Origin: a virus
DNA: 36,400 bases
Virus record (IMG/VR): IMGVR_UViG_3300045988_172432
Coordinates: 1-36,400 of that record
Reading direction: 5' to 3' (one strand)
The translations under genes and the position numbers were made by a program. Below the pieces are notes generated by a model. The model made no database searches. It worked only from the letters and a program-made list of their open reading frames with translations, and had not been told where the DNA came from. This document shows positions 1-8,732 of this stretch, piece after piece. Each line of letters opens with the position of its first letter. Position 1 is the stretch's first letter.

Positions 1-49
1 TGTCGGGGCGACGGGATTCGAACCCACGACCCCCTGCTCCCAAAACAGG
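1..49 (-). tRNA. Partial tRNA-Pro(UGG), 3' portion only (anticodon arm to acceptor 3' strand); left att core copy
   Basis: Minus strand reads CCTGT-TTTGGGA-GCAGG, GGGTC, GTGGG-TTCGAAT-CCCGT, CGCCCCG-A. The sequence past 50 does not form a D arm. Confidence 0.7.
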
Positions 50-109
50 GGAAATAGGAGGCCTAAATCGTTGATATACAATAGGTTGAGCGGGTGACTG
101 AACGTGAGT

Positions 110-128
110 GCTCACAATATGCTCACAA
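110..128 (+). repeat. Two direct GCTCACAA copies (11-bp period); candidate integrase arm-type sites, left arm
   Basis: GCTCACAATATGCTCACAA. The same motif occurs three times at 36199-36228 next to the integrase gene. Confidence 0.6.
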
Positions 129-130
129 AA

Positions 131-170
131 AGGTGCTTGTGGTGCGCGTATAAGGTGCTTGTGGTGCGCG
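131..170 (+). repeat. Two 18-bp direct repeats AGGTGCTTGTGGTGCGCG with a 22-bp period
   Basis: Exact copies at 131-148 and 153-170, between the att core and the tail operon terminator. Confidence 0.8.
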
Positions 171-192
171 CATAAACACTACAAGCGTATGC

Positions 193-223
193 AAAAAAAC
201 TGGCCACGTGAATGCGTGGCCAG
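193..223 (-). terminator. Rho-independent terminator ending the tail operon
   Basis: 9-bp stem CTGGCCACG/CGTGGCCAG (200-208, 215-223). A7 on the plus strand (193-199) gives a U-tract on the minus strand. Confidence 0.7.
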
Positions 224-352
224 GTGGGTGCGCCTGTCAGCCGCAGGCGGCTTGTGTCAAAGGGGAAACGTATGAAAGTAAAACCCCGGCTGATGTATGT
301 GGTGTGGCTGTTGTGCCGCTCATTGTGGGCTGGCCGATGTGTGGCGGCGTTG

Positions 353-2293
353 TCATTGTATTTCGTAGAGGTAGGCTTGCTTGAGTGGTTGTATGCCGTT
401 TTGGTCGATGGTGATTTCGAGGCGGGCGCAGGCGTAGCGCCGTGAGCCTATGAGGTAGGGTTGTGTGGGGTCGGGGTTGATTTGGTCGGTAAATTGTGCT
501 TGTAGTTCGATGCGTGTGTCGATGGTGTGGGCTGTGGTGAGTAGTTGGCCTATGTTGCCGTAGGTGGCGCTGGGGGTGGTGGGGCCTTTGGTGGTGAGGG
601 CGAAGGGGCCTTCGGGTGTGGGGAAGGTGTATGCCTTTGTGTGGAGTGTTGCGGGTATGTGTCGGGGCCCGTGGGAGGAGGTGGTGTAGGGTATGGCGAT
701 GGGGCAGAGTGAGTGGTAGTAGAATTTGAGGGTGGGGGTGTCTCTGGCTTCGTGGTAGTAGGTGTCGTTTTCGCCGTTGTACCATGCGATGTCTATGTGG
801 TCTTTGGCTTCGGTGGTGGTGTTGGTGGTGTCGGTGTCGGGTGGGTTGATGGCGTTGTTGACGGAGTAGATGTTGCTTTTGGTGAGTATGGTGTCGGCCA
901 CGGCTATGATGGGGTAGAGGCCCTTTTCGGGTTTGTCATCTTTGAATTGCCCGTTGTTGGTTGCGATGAGTGGGCTGGTGATGAGCATGTTGGCTGGTGT
1001 GATGCGCAGTTTGGTCATTTGCTCGCGGTCGGTGGTGCGCATTAGTGGGGGGTATTGGTCTACCTCGCTGAGTATTGGTGTGTCGAATTCGTCGATGAGT
1101 ATGGCGTATGTGCGGTTGGTGGGTGTGACGGTGTAGAGGTTGGGGCTTTGTTTCTTGTAGTAGGTGGTTAGTTTGTTGTAGTGGTTTAGTGCTTCTTCGT
1201 ATGTGGCGGTGGGCAGTATGGTGGCGTTTTGCCATACTTCGTCGGGCAGGCGCAGCATGGGGCTGATGTCGGGGTAGTCGTAGTCGACATTGCCGTTGGC
1301 TGTGGTTTCGACTTCGGGGTCGGTTGATATGTTGATGGTGTGTGTGTCGGATACTTGTGTGATAGTGATGGGTCGGCGGTTTTCGGTGTAGTAGTCTTTG
1401 CGGGTGTACATGTCGACGTATCGTCCGCTGAAGGTGAACACGCAGCCGAGGAGGTTTTGCAGTTCATTGATGTATTCTTTCACTGTCCAGTGCGGGAGGA
1501 TTTTGGCCCGTTGCAGAGTTTGCCGTGTGTTGGCTATGTAGATGGCGCGTGTGAGGGGGTTTTCGGTGTATTTGCTCCAGTTGCGAGGGGTGAAGCCGAG
1601 GCACTTGAATATGCGCGCGGTGATGTCGAGCAGGTAGGGGCAGGGTGCGAGTGTGATGTCGTCGATGCTGTCGCCGTCCAGCCCTGGTGTGGTGGTTATC
1701 ATGTCCATGGGGTTGGCTATGATGTCGTCGGTGGTGCTGTATATGGGCAGACATATTGCGTCGGTTTGTCCGTAGGTGCCGTAGGCTGCTTGCCGCACGG
1801 GCGTGGTGGTACGCAGGAATTTTTGGCCGATGCAGCTGCTGAATATTTTTATTTGCGTGCGCACATCGGTTCCGCTTTTTAGTACTTCAGAGTTGGAGTA
1901 TTGCACGGAGCCGAAGCCGTCCCACGCGTTGCCGAGTGGTAGCTCGTCTATATAGGTGGTGTCGTTGTTGAGTGGTGATGCTTTGAAGCCGGCTTTTAGT
2001 TGCACTTTTACTTCGGCCTCGGTGATAGAGGTGACGGTGGCGGTGCCTTCGAGCTGCAGCGGTGGTGCGATGAGCTGCATGGTGTATTGTTCGCCTATGT
2101 GGGGGTATTGCGCCAGGGCGGGGTGGTTGCGTGGTCCGAATATGGCGAGGTTAGTAGGGCAGCCCCTCAAGGGCAACTGCACCTCGAGGGTGTAGTCGCC
2201 TTGGTCGGCAAAGTAGGGGTTGACGCGTGTGAACTTGATGGTGGTGCCCTTTTTTATTTCGGCTGTTTGGTTGTTGATGATGAGTTGCATCAT
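353..2293 (-). CDS. Tail-tip / distal tail structural protein (hypothetical, 646 aa)
   Basis: Long ORF whose ATGATG start overlaps the tape-measure stop (ATGATGA at 2288-2293 region). It is the last gene of the tail operon. I recognise no named motif. Confidence 0.6.
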   Translation of the reverse strand: MMQLIINNQTAEIKKGTTIKFTRVNPYFADQGDYTLEVQLPLRGCPTNLAIFGPRNHPALAQYPHIGEQYTMQLIAPPLQLEGTATVTSITEAEVKVQLKAGFKASPLNNDTTYIDELPLGNAWDGFGSVQYSNSEVLKSGTDVRTQIKIFSSCIGQKFLRTTTPVRQAAYGTYGQTDAICLPIYSTTDDIIANPMDMITTTPGLDGDSIDDITLAPCPYLLDITARIFKCLGFTPRNWSKYTENPLTRAIYIANTRQTLQRAKILPHWTVKEYINELQNLLGCVFTFSGRYVDMYTRKDYYTENRRPITITQVSDTHTINISTDPEVETTANGNVDYDYPDISPMLRLPDEVWQNATILPTATYEEALNHYNKLTTYYKKQSPNLYTVTPTNRTYAILIDEFDTPILSEVDQYPPLMRTTDREQMTKLRITPANMLITSPLIATNNGQFKDDKPEKGLYPIIAVADTILTKSNIYSVNNAINPPDTDTTNTTTEAKDHIDIAWYNGENDTYYHEARDTPTLKFYYHSLCPIAIPYTTSSHGPRHIPATLHTKAYTFPTPEGPFALTTKGPTTPSATYGNIGQLLTTAHTIDTRIELQAQFTDQINPDPTQPYLIGSRRYACARLEITIDQNGIQPLKQAYLYEIQ

Positions 2294-5200
2294 GGGTTGG
2301 TGAGTTTTTTGTAGTGAGTAAATTGTTGGTCGAGTCCGTCGGGTCCGCTCATTACGACGTATGCTTTGATGCCTTTTTGCAGTTGTTGGTTGAGCAGGTT
2401 AATGGCTTTGGTTTGTGCCGGTGTGGCGGTGTCAATTACTTGCAGTGAGGGTGCGTTGTTGGCAGCGGTGGCGGCAGTGGTGATGGCTTGTCCTGCGAGG
2501 CTGGCAGTGGTTTGTGGTGCAGTGATGACGCGGCTCACGTCGTCGGCGGAGAGTCGTGCCACGGTGTTGGTGCGTTGTGCGTGGTCGATGAGTTGGAGTA
2601 CGGGCATGAGGTTGGGGTTGTTGACGGCCTGGTGGTTGGCCACGAACTCACCCTCGTGCACGATGCCAGCCTGCCGGCGGTACTGCTTGCCGCCTGTAAA
2701 GCCACCGAGGTAGTAGCCCTCGGCTTCGGCCTGGTGTTGTTTTTTGATGGCGGCAATCTGTATGGCACCGGCTGCGACGGCTGCTGCAGCGGCTATGGGT
2801 GCCATGATGGGGCCCACGACGGGAATGTTCACCACTGAGCCGTATGCCATGATGGCATTCATGGCGGTTTGTGCCACGGCCTGTGCCAGTTGCACCTTCA
2901 TTTGCTTGCGGTTGTACTTGTTTTTGATTTTGGCGAGTTCGGCCTGCTTCTGTTCCTCAAGTTTTTTGGTACGTTTGGTGTTTTTGCCGGCAGCCTTGAT
3001 TTGTGCGTCGTATTTTTTTGTTACTTCGGCCTGTTCGAGCTGGCTTTGTGCCTGGAACAGTTGCGTGGCTTGGCTCATGGTGGCCATAATCATGCTCATG
3101 GCCGCAATGCCCACCGCGGCATAGTCTTGCCATTGCGCTTTGCCGTCTTTGAGTTTTTGAGAGAGGTTGGAGAGGTTTTGCGCCAGATTGATGACGCCTT
3201 GGCTCATGGCGTCGGTGGGCTGTCCGAGGTTGGTGTCTTTATCTTTGTATTTTTCCTCTATTTCTTTTTTAGCCTTTTGATATTCCTCCTCGGTCAGAAT
3301 GCTTTTTTTGTGTAGTTCCTCTGCAAATTTGAGTTCGTCAGCCTTTTGTTCGTCGGCCGATTTTTTGAACCACTCTTTGCGCGCCTGGTCAACGCGTTGC
3401 CAAAATTCCTTTTGCCGTTGCAGTTTGTCGTTATCCGTTTCGGTGTCATATTGCTGCTGGTACTTTTTGGCCTCCTCGTCTTGTCCGTAGAGTTTGCTCA
3501 GGTTGGCGCGTCGTTTGAGGTATCTGAGCCTTATCTCTGTTTTGTTGCTTTGATATTGTTTCTCGTTGGTGATGCCGTCCAGGTAGTTTTGTTTTTCGGT
3601 GTTGAGTTCGTCCTGCTCCTCGATGTCGAGTTCGTGTATGCTCCATGCGTGGTTGTTCTTTCGCACGGCCGCTGTGGCGTCTAAGCGTTTTAGTTCGAGC
3701 TTCACCCATTCGGGCGAGTTCTCGGTGTAGAGGTCTCGTTGGTCGGTGTATAGTTTTTGGTCGATATCGAGCAGTTGTGCCGAGTATTCTCGGTGGTCGA
3801 TAATGCCGTTCTCGTAGTTGGCGCGTGCTATGAGCCGTTGTTGGCTGGCAGCGTCCTCCAGTGCTTTGAGTTGTGCCTTTACGGGGTCGGTGGTGTCTTT
3901 GGTGGTGTGGCCCCCGCTGTTCCCGCCGCTGTTCCCTCCGCTGTTGCTGGAGGTAGTGGTTACAGGCGTGATGGCTGGTGTGGTGGGTGTGGTTCCTCCG
4001 TTAGTTATTATTTTGGCCAGTTCGCCTTGTGCTCCGTGGCTTTTGGCGTAGTCGAATATGAATTGCTTTTCCTTTTTGTTGAGCTTGTCTTGTTGCTGCC
4101 ACCAATATAGGCGCGCCTTGTTGTGTCGTTGTATGTTTTGGTCGTTGATGCGTGTTTCGTTGGTTTCGATTACGGTTGTGCGCATGGTTGGGTCGTCGGT
4201 GGCAGTATTCACATGCACTGAAGGCTGGCTCAAGTGTCCGTCCTTCTGCATCTGTCGGTCGCGGTAGGCCACAGCGTTTTGCCATGATTTGATGGCGCGG
4301 TCGATGTCGAATTGCTTCTCGGCGTTCTCCTGTATTTTTTTGAAGAGTGCTTGAGCCAGCGCCAGTTTGTCAAGTTGTTCGATATACTTGCCTATGGCCT
4401 CGGTGTTCTTTTCGACGAGTGTGCCGCTCGACGAGAGCGAGGCATGGTAGCCCGGCACGATGCTTTGCAGTTTGGCAATGGCTTTACGTCGGGAGTCGAT
4501 GCTTGCCGAGTTGTCGTGAATGACGTTGGTGAGCATTTCTATTTGTGCGCGTTCGGCCTTGGCGTTGTCGGCCGAGTCCTGCTGTATGCTTTTGAGCAAT
4601 TTTTGTTTCCGTCGTTGTTCATCGCTGGCCTGTGCGTTATCCTTCTTGGCCTTGGTGTTGGCTTTTGTGGCTTCGGTGTCGGAGTCGGTCATCATCAGCC
4701 ATGTGCCGAGTGCTGCCACGGCTGAGAGAATGAGCGAAATGATGGCGCTGAAGCCGTTGCTTTTCACTGCCGCGTTAAATGCCGTCATGGCCGCGGTGGC
4801 GGCAGTGGTCACGGTGGTATAGGCCGCCTTTGCGGCAGAGAGTGCCGCGGTGGCGGTGGCGCATATTTTGGTCCAGTACACTTGCAGCGTGAGCGCGGTG
4901 GTGAACACCCCTATGGCCACGGCCGCGGTGGTGATAGCCTTGGCGTGTGATGCCACAAAGCTGATGGCAGTGCGTGTGGCTCCCACAAAGTTGAGCACGC
5001 CGTTGGTGGCGGCGGTGTAGATGGGGTAGAGGCGTTCACCCAGTTCTACACGCAAGTCCTTCATGCGTTTTTGCGCCTTTTCGAGTTCCGCCTGTGCTGT
5101 GTGGTTGGCCTGGTTAGCCTCGTTGGTGCATGAGGTGCCTTGGTTAAAGGCCACGGCGGCTTGCTCTTGCGCGCTTTTCACGTCAGAGAGTTTGCCGGCC

Positions 5201-6444
5201 AGCGTGGCGAGCGTTTGCGTGACGCCTGCGCCGCTAAGGTTCATTTCGTCAAGCAGCGGTGCGAGTTTGTCCATTCCCCCCGCCTGGTTCAGCGCGCCGA
5301 GGAACTGTAGCAGGGCGGCATTGGCATCGGTAGAGAGCAGTTCGGTGAACTGTTTCACCTCCAGCCCCGCGGCCTTGGCCATTTTTTCGGGTTCAGCAAA
5401 CAGGGCCGTGAGCACGTTTTGCAAGGCTGTGGCCCCCTTCTCCACGTTCACTTGGTTCTGGTCCATGACAGAAGCCATGCCCATGAGTTGAGCCTGCGTC
5501 ATGCCCGCCTGATTGCCAACACCCGCCAGTCGGTTGGTGAATTCCATTATATAGCCCTCGCTTGCCGACGAGCTTTGTGCCAGTTCGTTAATGACTGAGG
5601 CCGTCGAGAGCATGGCCTGCTTGAGTCCCATGCTCTTGTCGGTGCCAAACATTTGCGCCAGTTTGCCGATGTTCTTTACAGCGTCCTCGCCAAGGTCCTC
5701 GCCAAGTGCGGTGTTTATTTGGTCGGCAGCCTCCACAAAGTCGAGCACAGCGTCGCGGCTCTGAATGCCCAGACGCCCCGCATCGGCTGCCAGGTCGTTG
5801 AGTTTTTCTCGCGATGTGCGTGTGTCCATCTGCTTGAAGCTCTCGTTGAGCGCGTCCACCTCCTCCTTTGCCAGCCCCGTATACTTCTTCACCCCGCTCA
5901 TGTGTTCGGCCATGTCGGCATACTCGTTCACGTATTCGGCCATGGCCTGCTTGAGGGCGCTGAATTTGCTCGCGATACTGTCGAACACTACGGCCACGCC
6001 CGACCACGTTTGGCCAATTTTGGTTATAAAGGAACTGCTGCTTGCCGCGTTTTGTTCTTTCTTAATCTTTTGGAGTTCCTCGTTGGCGGTTTGCAGCGAG
6101 CGTGTGAGCGCCTGCCATTGCTCCGAGCCGCGCTCCACGTTGCCGCTATTCAGCTCGCGGTTTATTTCCTTAATGGTGGCTTTAAGTTCCTTTGGCGTGG
6201 CCGAGTCGAGTGAGCGCAGCACCTTCTCCACTGTCTGAGCGCGCGAAGTGAGCCTTGTGGCTTGCGTCTCGAGGCTTTTAATCTCCTTGGCGTAGGCTTG
6301 CAGCGCCTTGCCGTCGCCGCGTTCAAAGGCCTCATGCCGTTTGAGGCGTGTCTGCTCCAGCCGGCGGTTGATGTCGTCGAGCTTGCGTTGTGCCTGCTCC
6401 GAGTTGATGGTGAGGGTTACGGTCTTGATGTCGTTGTTATTCAT
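2290..6444 (-). CDS. Tail tape measure protein (1384 aa)
   Basis: Very long ORF with coiled-coil A/Q/K/E-rich segments, central hydrophobic helices and a GGNSGGNSGG repeat. Start refined to ATG 6442-6444, because the track's upstream codons start at a GTG and lie inside a terminator hairpin. Confidence 0.85.
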   Translation of the reverse strand: MNNNDIKTVTLTINSEQAQRKLDDINRRLEQTRLKRHEAFERGDGKALQAYAKEIKSLETQATRLTSRAQTVEKVLRSLDSATPKELKATIKEINRELNSGNVERGSEQWQALTRSLQTANEELQKIKKEQNAASSSSFITKIGQTWSGVAVVFDSIASKFSALKQAMAEYVNEYADMAEHMSGVKKYTGLAKEEVDALNESFKQMDTRTSREKLNDLAADAGRLGIQSRDAVLDFVEAADQINTALGEDLGEDAVKNIGKLAQMFGTDKSMGLKQAMLSTASVINELAQSSSASEGYIMEFTNRLAGVGNQAGMTQAQLMGMASVMDQNQVNVEKGATALQNVLTALFAEPEKMAKAAGLEVKQFTELLSTDANAALLQFLGALNQAGGMDKLAPLLDEMNLSGAGVTQTLATLAGKLSDVKSAQEQAAVAFNQGTSCTNEANQANHTAQAELEKAQKRMKDLRVELGERLYPIYTAATNGVLNFVGATRTAISFVASHAKAITTAAVAIGVFTTALTLQVYWTKICATATAALSAAKAAYTTVTTAATAAMTAFNAAVKSNGFSAIISLILSAVAALGTWLMMTDSDTEATKANTKAKKDNAQASDEQRRKQKLLKSIQQDSADNAKAERAQIEMLTNVIHDNSASIDSRRKAIAKLQSIVPGYHASLSSSGTLVEKNTEAIGKYIEQLDKLALAQALFKKIQENAEKQFDIDRAIKSWQNAVAYRDRQMQKDGHLSQPSVHVNTATDDPTMRTTVIETNETRINDQNIQRHNKARLYWWQQQDKLNKKEKQFIFDYAKSHGAQGELAKIITNGGTTPTTPAITPVTTTSSNSGGNSGGNSGGHTTKDTTDPVKAQLKALEDAASQQRLIARANYENGIIDHREYSAQLLDIDQKLYTDQRDLYTENSPEWVKLELKRLDATAAVRKNNHAWSIHELDIEEQDELNTEKQNYLDGITNEKQYQSNKTEIRLRYLKRRANLSKLYGQDEEAKKYQQQYDTETDNDKLQRQKEFWQRVDQARKEWFKKSADEQKADELKFAEELHKKSILTEEEYQKAKKEIEEKYKDKDTNLGQPTDAMSQGVINLAQNLSNLSQKLKDGKAQWQDYAAVGIAAMSMIMATMSQATQLFQAQSQLEQAEVTKKYDAQIKAAGKNTKRTKKLEEQKQAELAKIKNKYNRKQMKVQLAQAVAQTAMNAIMAYGSVVNIPVVGPIMAPIAAAAAVAAGAIQIAAIKKQHQAEAEGYYLGGFTGGKQYRRQAGIVHEGEFVANHQAVNNPNLMPVLQLIDHAQRTNTVARLSADDVSRVITAPQTTASLAGQAITTAATAANNAPSLQVIDTATPAQTKAINLLNQQLQKGIKAYVVMSGPDGLDQQFTHYKKLTNP

Positions 6445-6490
6445 AAAAAAGCGTGTTACTTTTGGTGTGTGATGTTCCAAAAGTAACACG
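6445..6490 (-). terminator. Rho-independent terminator abutting the tape-measure start codon
   Basis: 14-bp stem (6452-6465 / 6477-6490) with an 11-nt loop. A6 on plus (6445-6450) gives a U6 that runs directly into the AUG at 6444. Confidence 0.75.
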
Positions 6491-6523
6491 GCTTAACCGG
6501 GTGTTAAAAGACACGCGGGACGG

Positions 6524-6784
6524 TTAGAGGTGCTTGTCTATGTATTTCTTTCTTTTGTCGTAGTTAAAACCAAACAGCCCGGGGTATTTCTCATAGGCTC
6601 GGCTTTCAATGCTCCTATATAGCCGTTTGCGCTCCTTCTTTTGCTTTTTCTCCATCCGGTAGTTCTCCAAGAGTTCTTTCTGCTCCTCGGGAGTCAGACG
6701 GAAAGCTTTGACTATACCTGTGACGATGGCACTGAGATAAAACAAGACTATAGCTGATAAAATTATGACAAAGAGTGTGAGCAT
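6524..6784 (-). CDS. Small N-terminally anchored membrane protein (86 aa), moron-like
   Basis: N-terminal hydrophobic helix followed by a Lys/Arg/Glu-rich tail. GC is about 42% by my count, against about 60% in sampled flanking lines. It has its own promoter-like motif and terminator. Confidence 0.6.
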   Translation of the reverse strand: MLTLFVIILSAIVLFYLSAIVTGIVKAFRLTPEEQKELLENYRMEKKQKKERKRLYRSIESRAYEKYPGLFGFNYDKRKKYIDKHL

Positions 6785-6809
6785 GCTGCGTAGTGTGTAT
6801 ATTTTTTCG

Positions 6810-6844
6810 CAAAGATATGGCTTTAATCACTACCGCGCAACAAA
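6810..6844 (-). promoter_or_regulatory. Candidate Bacteroides-type promoter for the 86-aa gene
   Basis: Minus strand TATCTTTG (-7 box TAnnTTTG, plus 6810-6817), with TTTG/TTG 20-23 nt upstream (plus 6838-6844). Confidence 0.4.
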
Positions 6845-6869
6845 CAGAGGGCTTAAAGTGCCCAAAGGT

Positions 6870-7298
6870 TCACCCCCTCTCGCGCTCCGTCAGCGTGTCG
6901 AAGGCACCGCCGAACTCGTCGCCCATGATGCGCGCCATGTGGTCTTTGAGCACCTCGATGCTGATGTACCACGACTTGTTGAACCACGGGCGGCGCTTCC
7001 GCGGTTCGCCAAGGTGGTGCAACTTGCGGTATGCCTTGCCAAGGAAGTGCAGGTCGCCCCCATTGCCCGGGCGGTAACCGTTGCCTACCCCGAGGTCCAC
7101 ATAAATGCCATACTCCAGATAGTTGAAGGCCATCACAGCCTCGCGCCCCGCTATTGATGCCGCACCCGCCTTGACCGAGCGGCGCAGCGCCCCCGTGTGG
7201 TGAATGCCCATGAGGTCGAGCCTGTCCTGCCATATCTGCACCATCTTGGCCCGCCATGCGCGCAGGTATTGCTCGCGGTCGTTGCTGTTATTACTCAT
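6870..7298 (-). CDS. Hypothetical tail-module protein (142 aa)
   Basis: ORF in frame-consistent operon context upstream of the tape measure gene. It overlaps the upstream gene by 8 nt. Confidence 0.6.
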   Translation of the reverse strand: MSNNSNDREQYLRAWRAKMVQIWQDRLDLMGIHHTGALRRSVKAGAASIAGREAVMAFNYLEYGIYVDLGVGNGYRPGNGGDLHFLGKAYRKLHHLGEPRKRRPWFNKSWYISIEVLKDHMARIMGDEFGGAFDTLTERERG

Positions 7299-7794
7299 GG
7301 TCGGTAGTGTTGTCGGCCCATAGGTCGGGGTTGTAGGTAAGGTCGGTTGGTTCGTCCATGCCCACCATCAGGTAGAGGCCCGTGCAGCCGTTAAGGAATA
7401 TGCCGCCCAACTCGGAGCACTTTATGTTGTCGGTGTCGAGGTAGAGCATTTCGGTTTGCAGTTGCAGCGAGTCGTGCAGCATGCGTGCGGTGAATTGGCG
7501 GGCGAGTTCGCGGCAGCGGTCCATCTTGACGGCGTAGTCGGCCTGGTTGCCATACTCGTAGCGGGCGAGTATGAAGATGGTGTACACCCGCCGTTTGAAC
7601 CACCCGCCGCTCTGTGCGTAGAGGCTCTCCTGGCACACGTCGGAGGTGCACACAAAGTTGGCGGTGCTCTGGTATTGCTCGAGCATGCCCTCAAGGTAGC
7701 CAAGGCCCGAACAGGTGGTGTGCTCAAACTGCCATGCGCGGGCCATGTTGTTCTGCCCGGTGAGCTGGCTCATGTAGTTGGTGAAGTCGAACAT
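7291..7794 (-). CDS. Hypothetical tail-module protein (167 aa)
   Basis: ATG at 7792-7794 immediately follows PME copy A. Operon context with tail genes. Confidence 0.6.
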   Translation of the reverse strand: MFDFTNYMSQLTGQNNMARAWQFEHTTCSGLGYLEGMLEQYQSTANFVCTSDVCQESLYAQSGGWFKRRVYTIFILARYEYGNQADYAVKMDRCRELARQFTARMLHDSLQLQTEMLYLDTDNIKCSELGGIFLNGCTGLYLMVGMDEPTDLTYNPDLWADNTTDHE

Positions 7795-7796
7795 TG

Positions 7797-7947
7797 TAAA
7801 GTTGATAAGTTTAGGAGTTTAAGAGTTAAGAGGTCGCTTTTAAGAGTTGATAAGTTTATAAGTTGAAAGTTAAGAGGTCGCTTTTAAGAGTTGGGCAAGC
7901 AGAGGTAACCTCTTAACTTTTCAACTCCTAAACTTTTCAACTCATAA
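7797..7947. repeat. PME copy A (nested-palindrome mosaic element)
   Basis: Two left cores GTTAAGAGGTCGCTTTTAAGAGTT (7825, 7869), then GGGCAAGCAGAGGTAACCTCTTAAC (to 7917). Flanked by 8-bp TTNANNAG / CTNNTNAA arms. Confidence 0.9.
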
Positions 7948-7950
7948 AGA

Positions 7951-7982
7951 TTTGCATAATAAAGATATGTTTATTACCTTTG
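7951..7982 (+). promoter_or_regulatory. Candidate Bacteroides-type promoter for the plus-strand island
   Basis: TTTG (7951-7954), N20, TACCTTTG (7975-7982). The ATG at 8006 lies 24 nt downstream. Confidence 0.5.
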
Positions 7983-8005
7983 CGGTGTCTAATAACACAT
8001 AGACA

Positions 8006-8182
8006 ATGGATTTCACCGACGACAGTCTAAAGGACTGGGAGGAAACGCTGAAGCCCTTCAGGTTCCTCTTCCGCAATGAGGAAAGGCTCCTTAAATCGGG
8101 TCGCCTTACTGAGTCGGAATTTCTTGAAGACTTCTTTGATGCGGTGCTTGACGCCTGCGCCATGTTGTACGACAAGAAATGA
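8006..8182 (+). CDS. Small acidic protein (58 aa), below the ORF-track length cutoff
   Basis: ATG..TGA ORF MDFTDDSLKDWEETLKPFRFLFRNEERLLKSGRLTESEFLEDFFDAVLDACAMLYDKK, directly downstream of the promoter motif and co-oriented with the next gene. Confidence 0.5.
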   Translation: MDFTDDSLKDWEETLKPFRFLFRNEERLLKSGRLTESEFLEDFFDAVLDACAMLYDKK

Positions 8183-8310
8183 ATGCAACAGGCTGGCCTG
8201 CCTTGCCGCGTCAAGGAGCGTGCTGCAGGCGGGCGGCCTTTTGCTCGTCGGTGGGGCTGTCAGCCGGCATCAATCCATTCATGTGTCACACTTCATAAAA
8301 TTTTGTAGCT

Positions 8311-8724
8311 ATGAACGATAAAATCCGTCGCAAACTTGAGGCGAGCTATGCTGCCACCAACGACAATGACAGCGAGCTGTCGGGCCGCTTGCTCGACGAG
8401 GCCTTTGCCCTGTGCACCACTCCCGCCGAGGAGCGTGAGGCAGCGCAGTATGTGCGTGCCATGCTTGGGCGCGGGCGCAAGCGCACCGATGTGTGTGCCG
8501 CAGAGCTGCTTGGCGATGTAAGGCCCGCCCTGTCGCTGGCCTGGCTGAGCAAGCGCTACTTTAGCAAGGGCACCTCGTGGCTGCACCAGCGCATCAACGA
8601 GAACGTGGTGAACGGCAAGCCCGCCGCCTTTACCACCGAGGAACTTGGCGTGCTGTCGGCTGCATTGAACGACCTCGGGCAGCGTTTGCTTGCCGCGTCT
8701 GCCGACATCAGGGCACGCATCTGA
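8311..8724 (+). CDS. DUF5053-like protein (137 aa)
   Basis: C-terminal SWLHQRINENVVNGKPAAFTTEELGVLSAALNDLGQRL resembles the Bacteroidales phage-associated DUF5053 family (from memory). A paralog lies at 22625-22924. Confidence 0.65.
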   Translation: MNDKIRRKLEASYAATNDNDSELSGRLLDEAFALCTTPAEEREAAQYVRAMLGRGRKRTDVCAAELLGDVRPALSLAWLSKRYFSKGTSWLHQRINENVVNGKPAAFTTEELGVLSAALNDLGQRLLAASADIRARI

Positions 8725-8732
8725 GAGATTTC

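Noticed and set aside
1-75. Calling a complete tRNA at the left end
   Set aside because: Only the anticodon arm through the acceptor 3' strand is present. The sequence beyond about 50 cannot form a D arm or a 5' acceptor strand.
237-2314. Multiple ORF-track entries overlapping the tail-tip gene in other frames or on the other strand (237-785, 713-1045, 936-1235, 1340-1882 and others)
   Set aside because: Their compositions are Pro/Arg/His- or Gly/Val-rich, typical of off-frame translation of GC-rich coding DNA. They are fully nested in a longer, well-behaved ORF.
7942-8214. 90-aa minus-strand ORF in the 7.9-8.2 kb gap
   Set aside because: It is Ser/Arg-rich and starts inside a PME arm. The plus strand has a cleaner 58-aa ORF with a promoter motif, co-oriented with the next gene.
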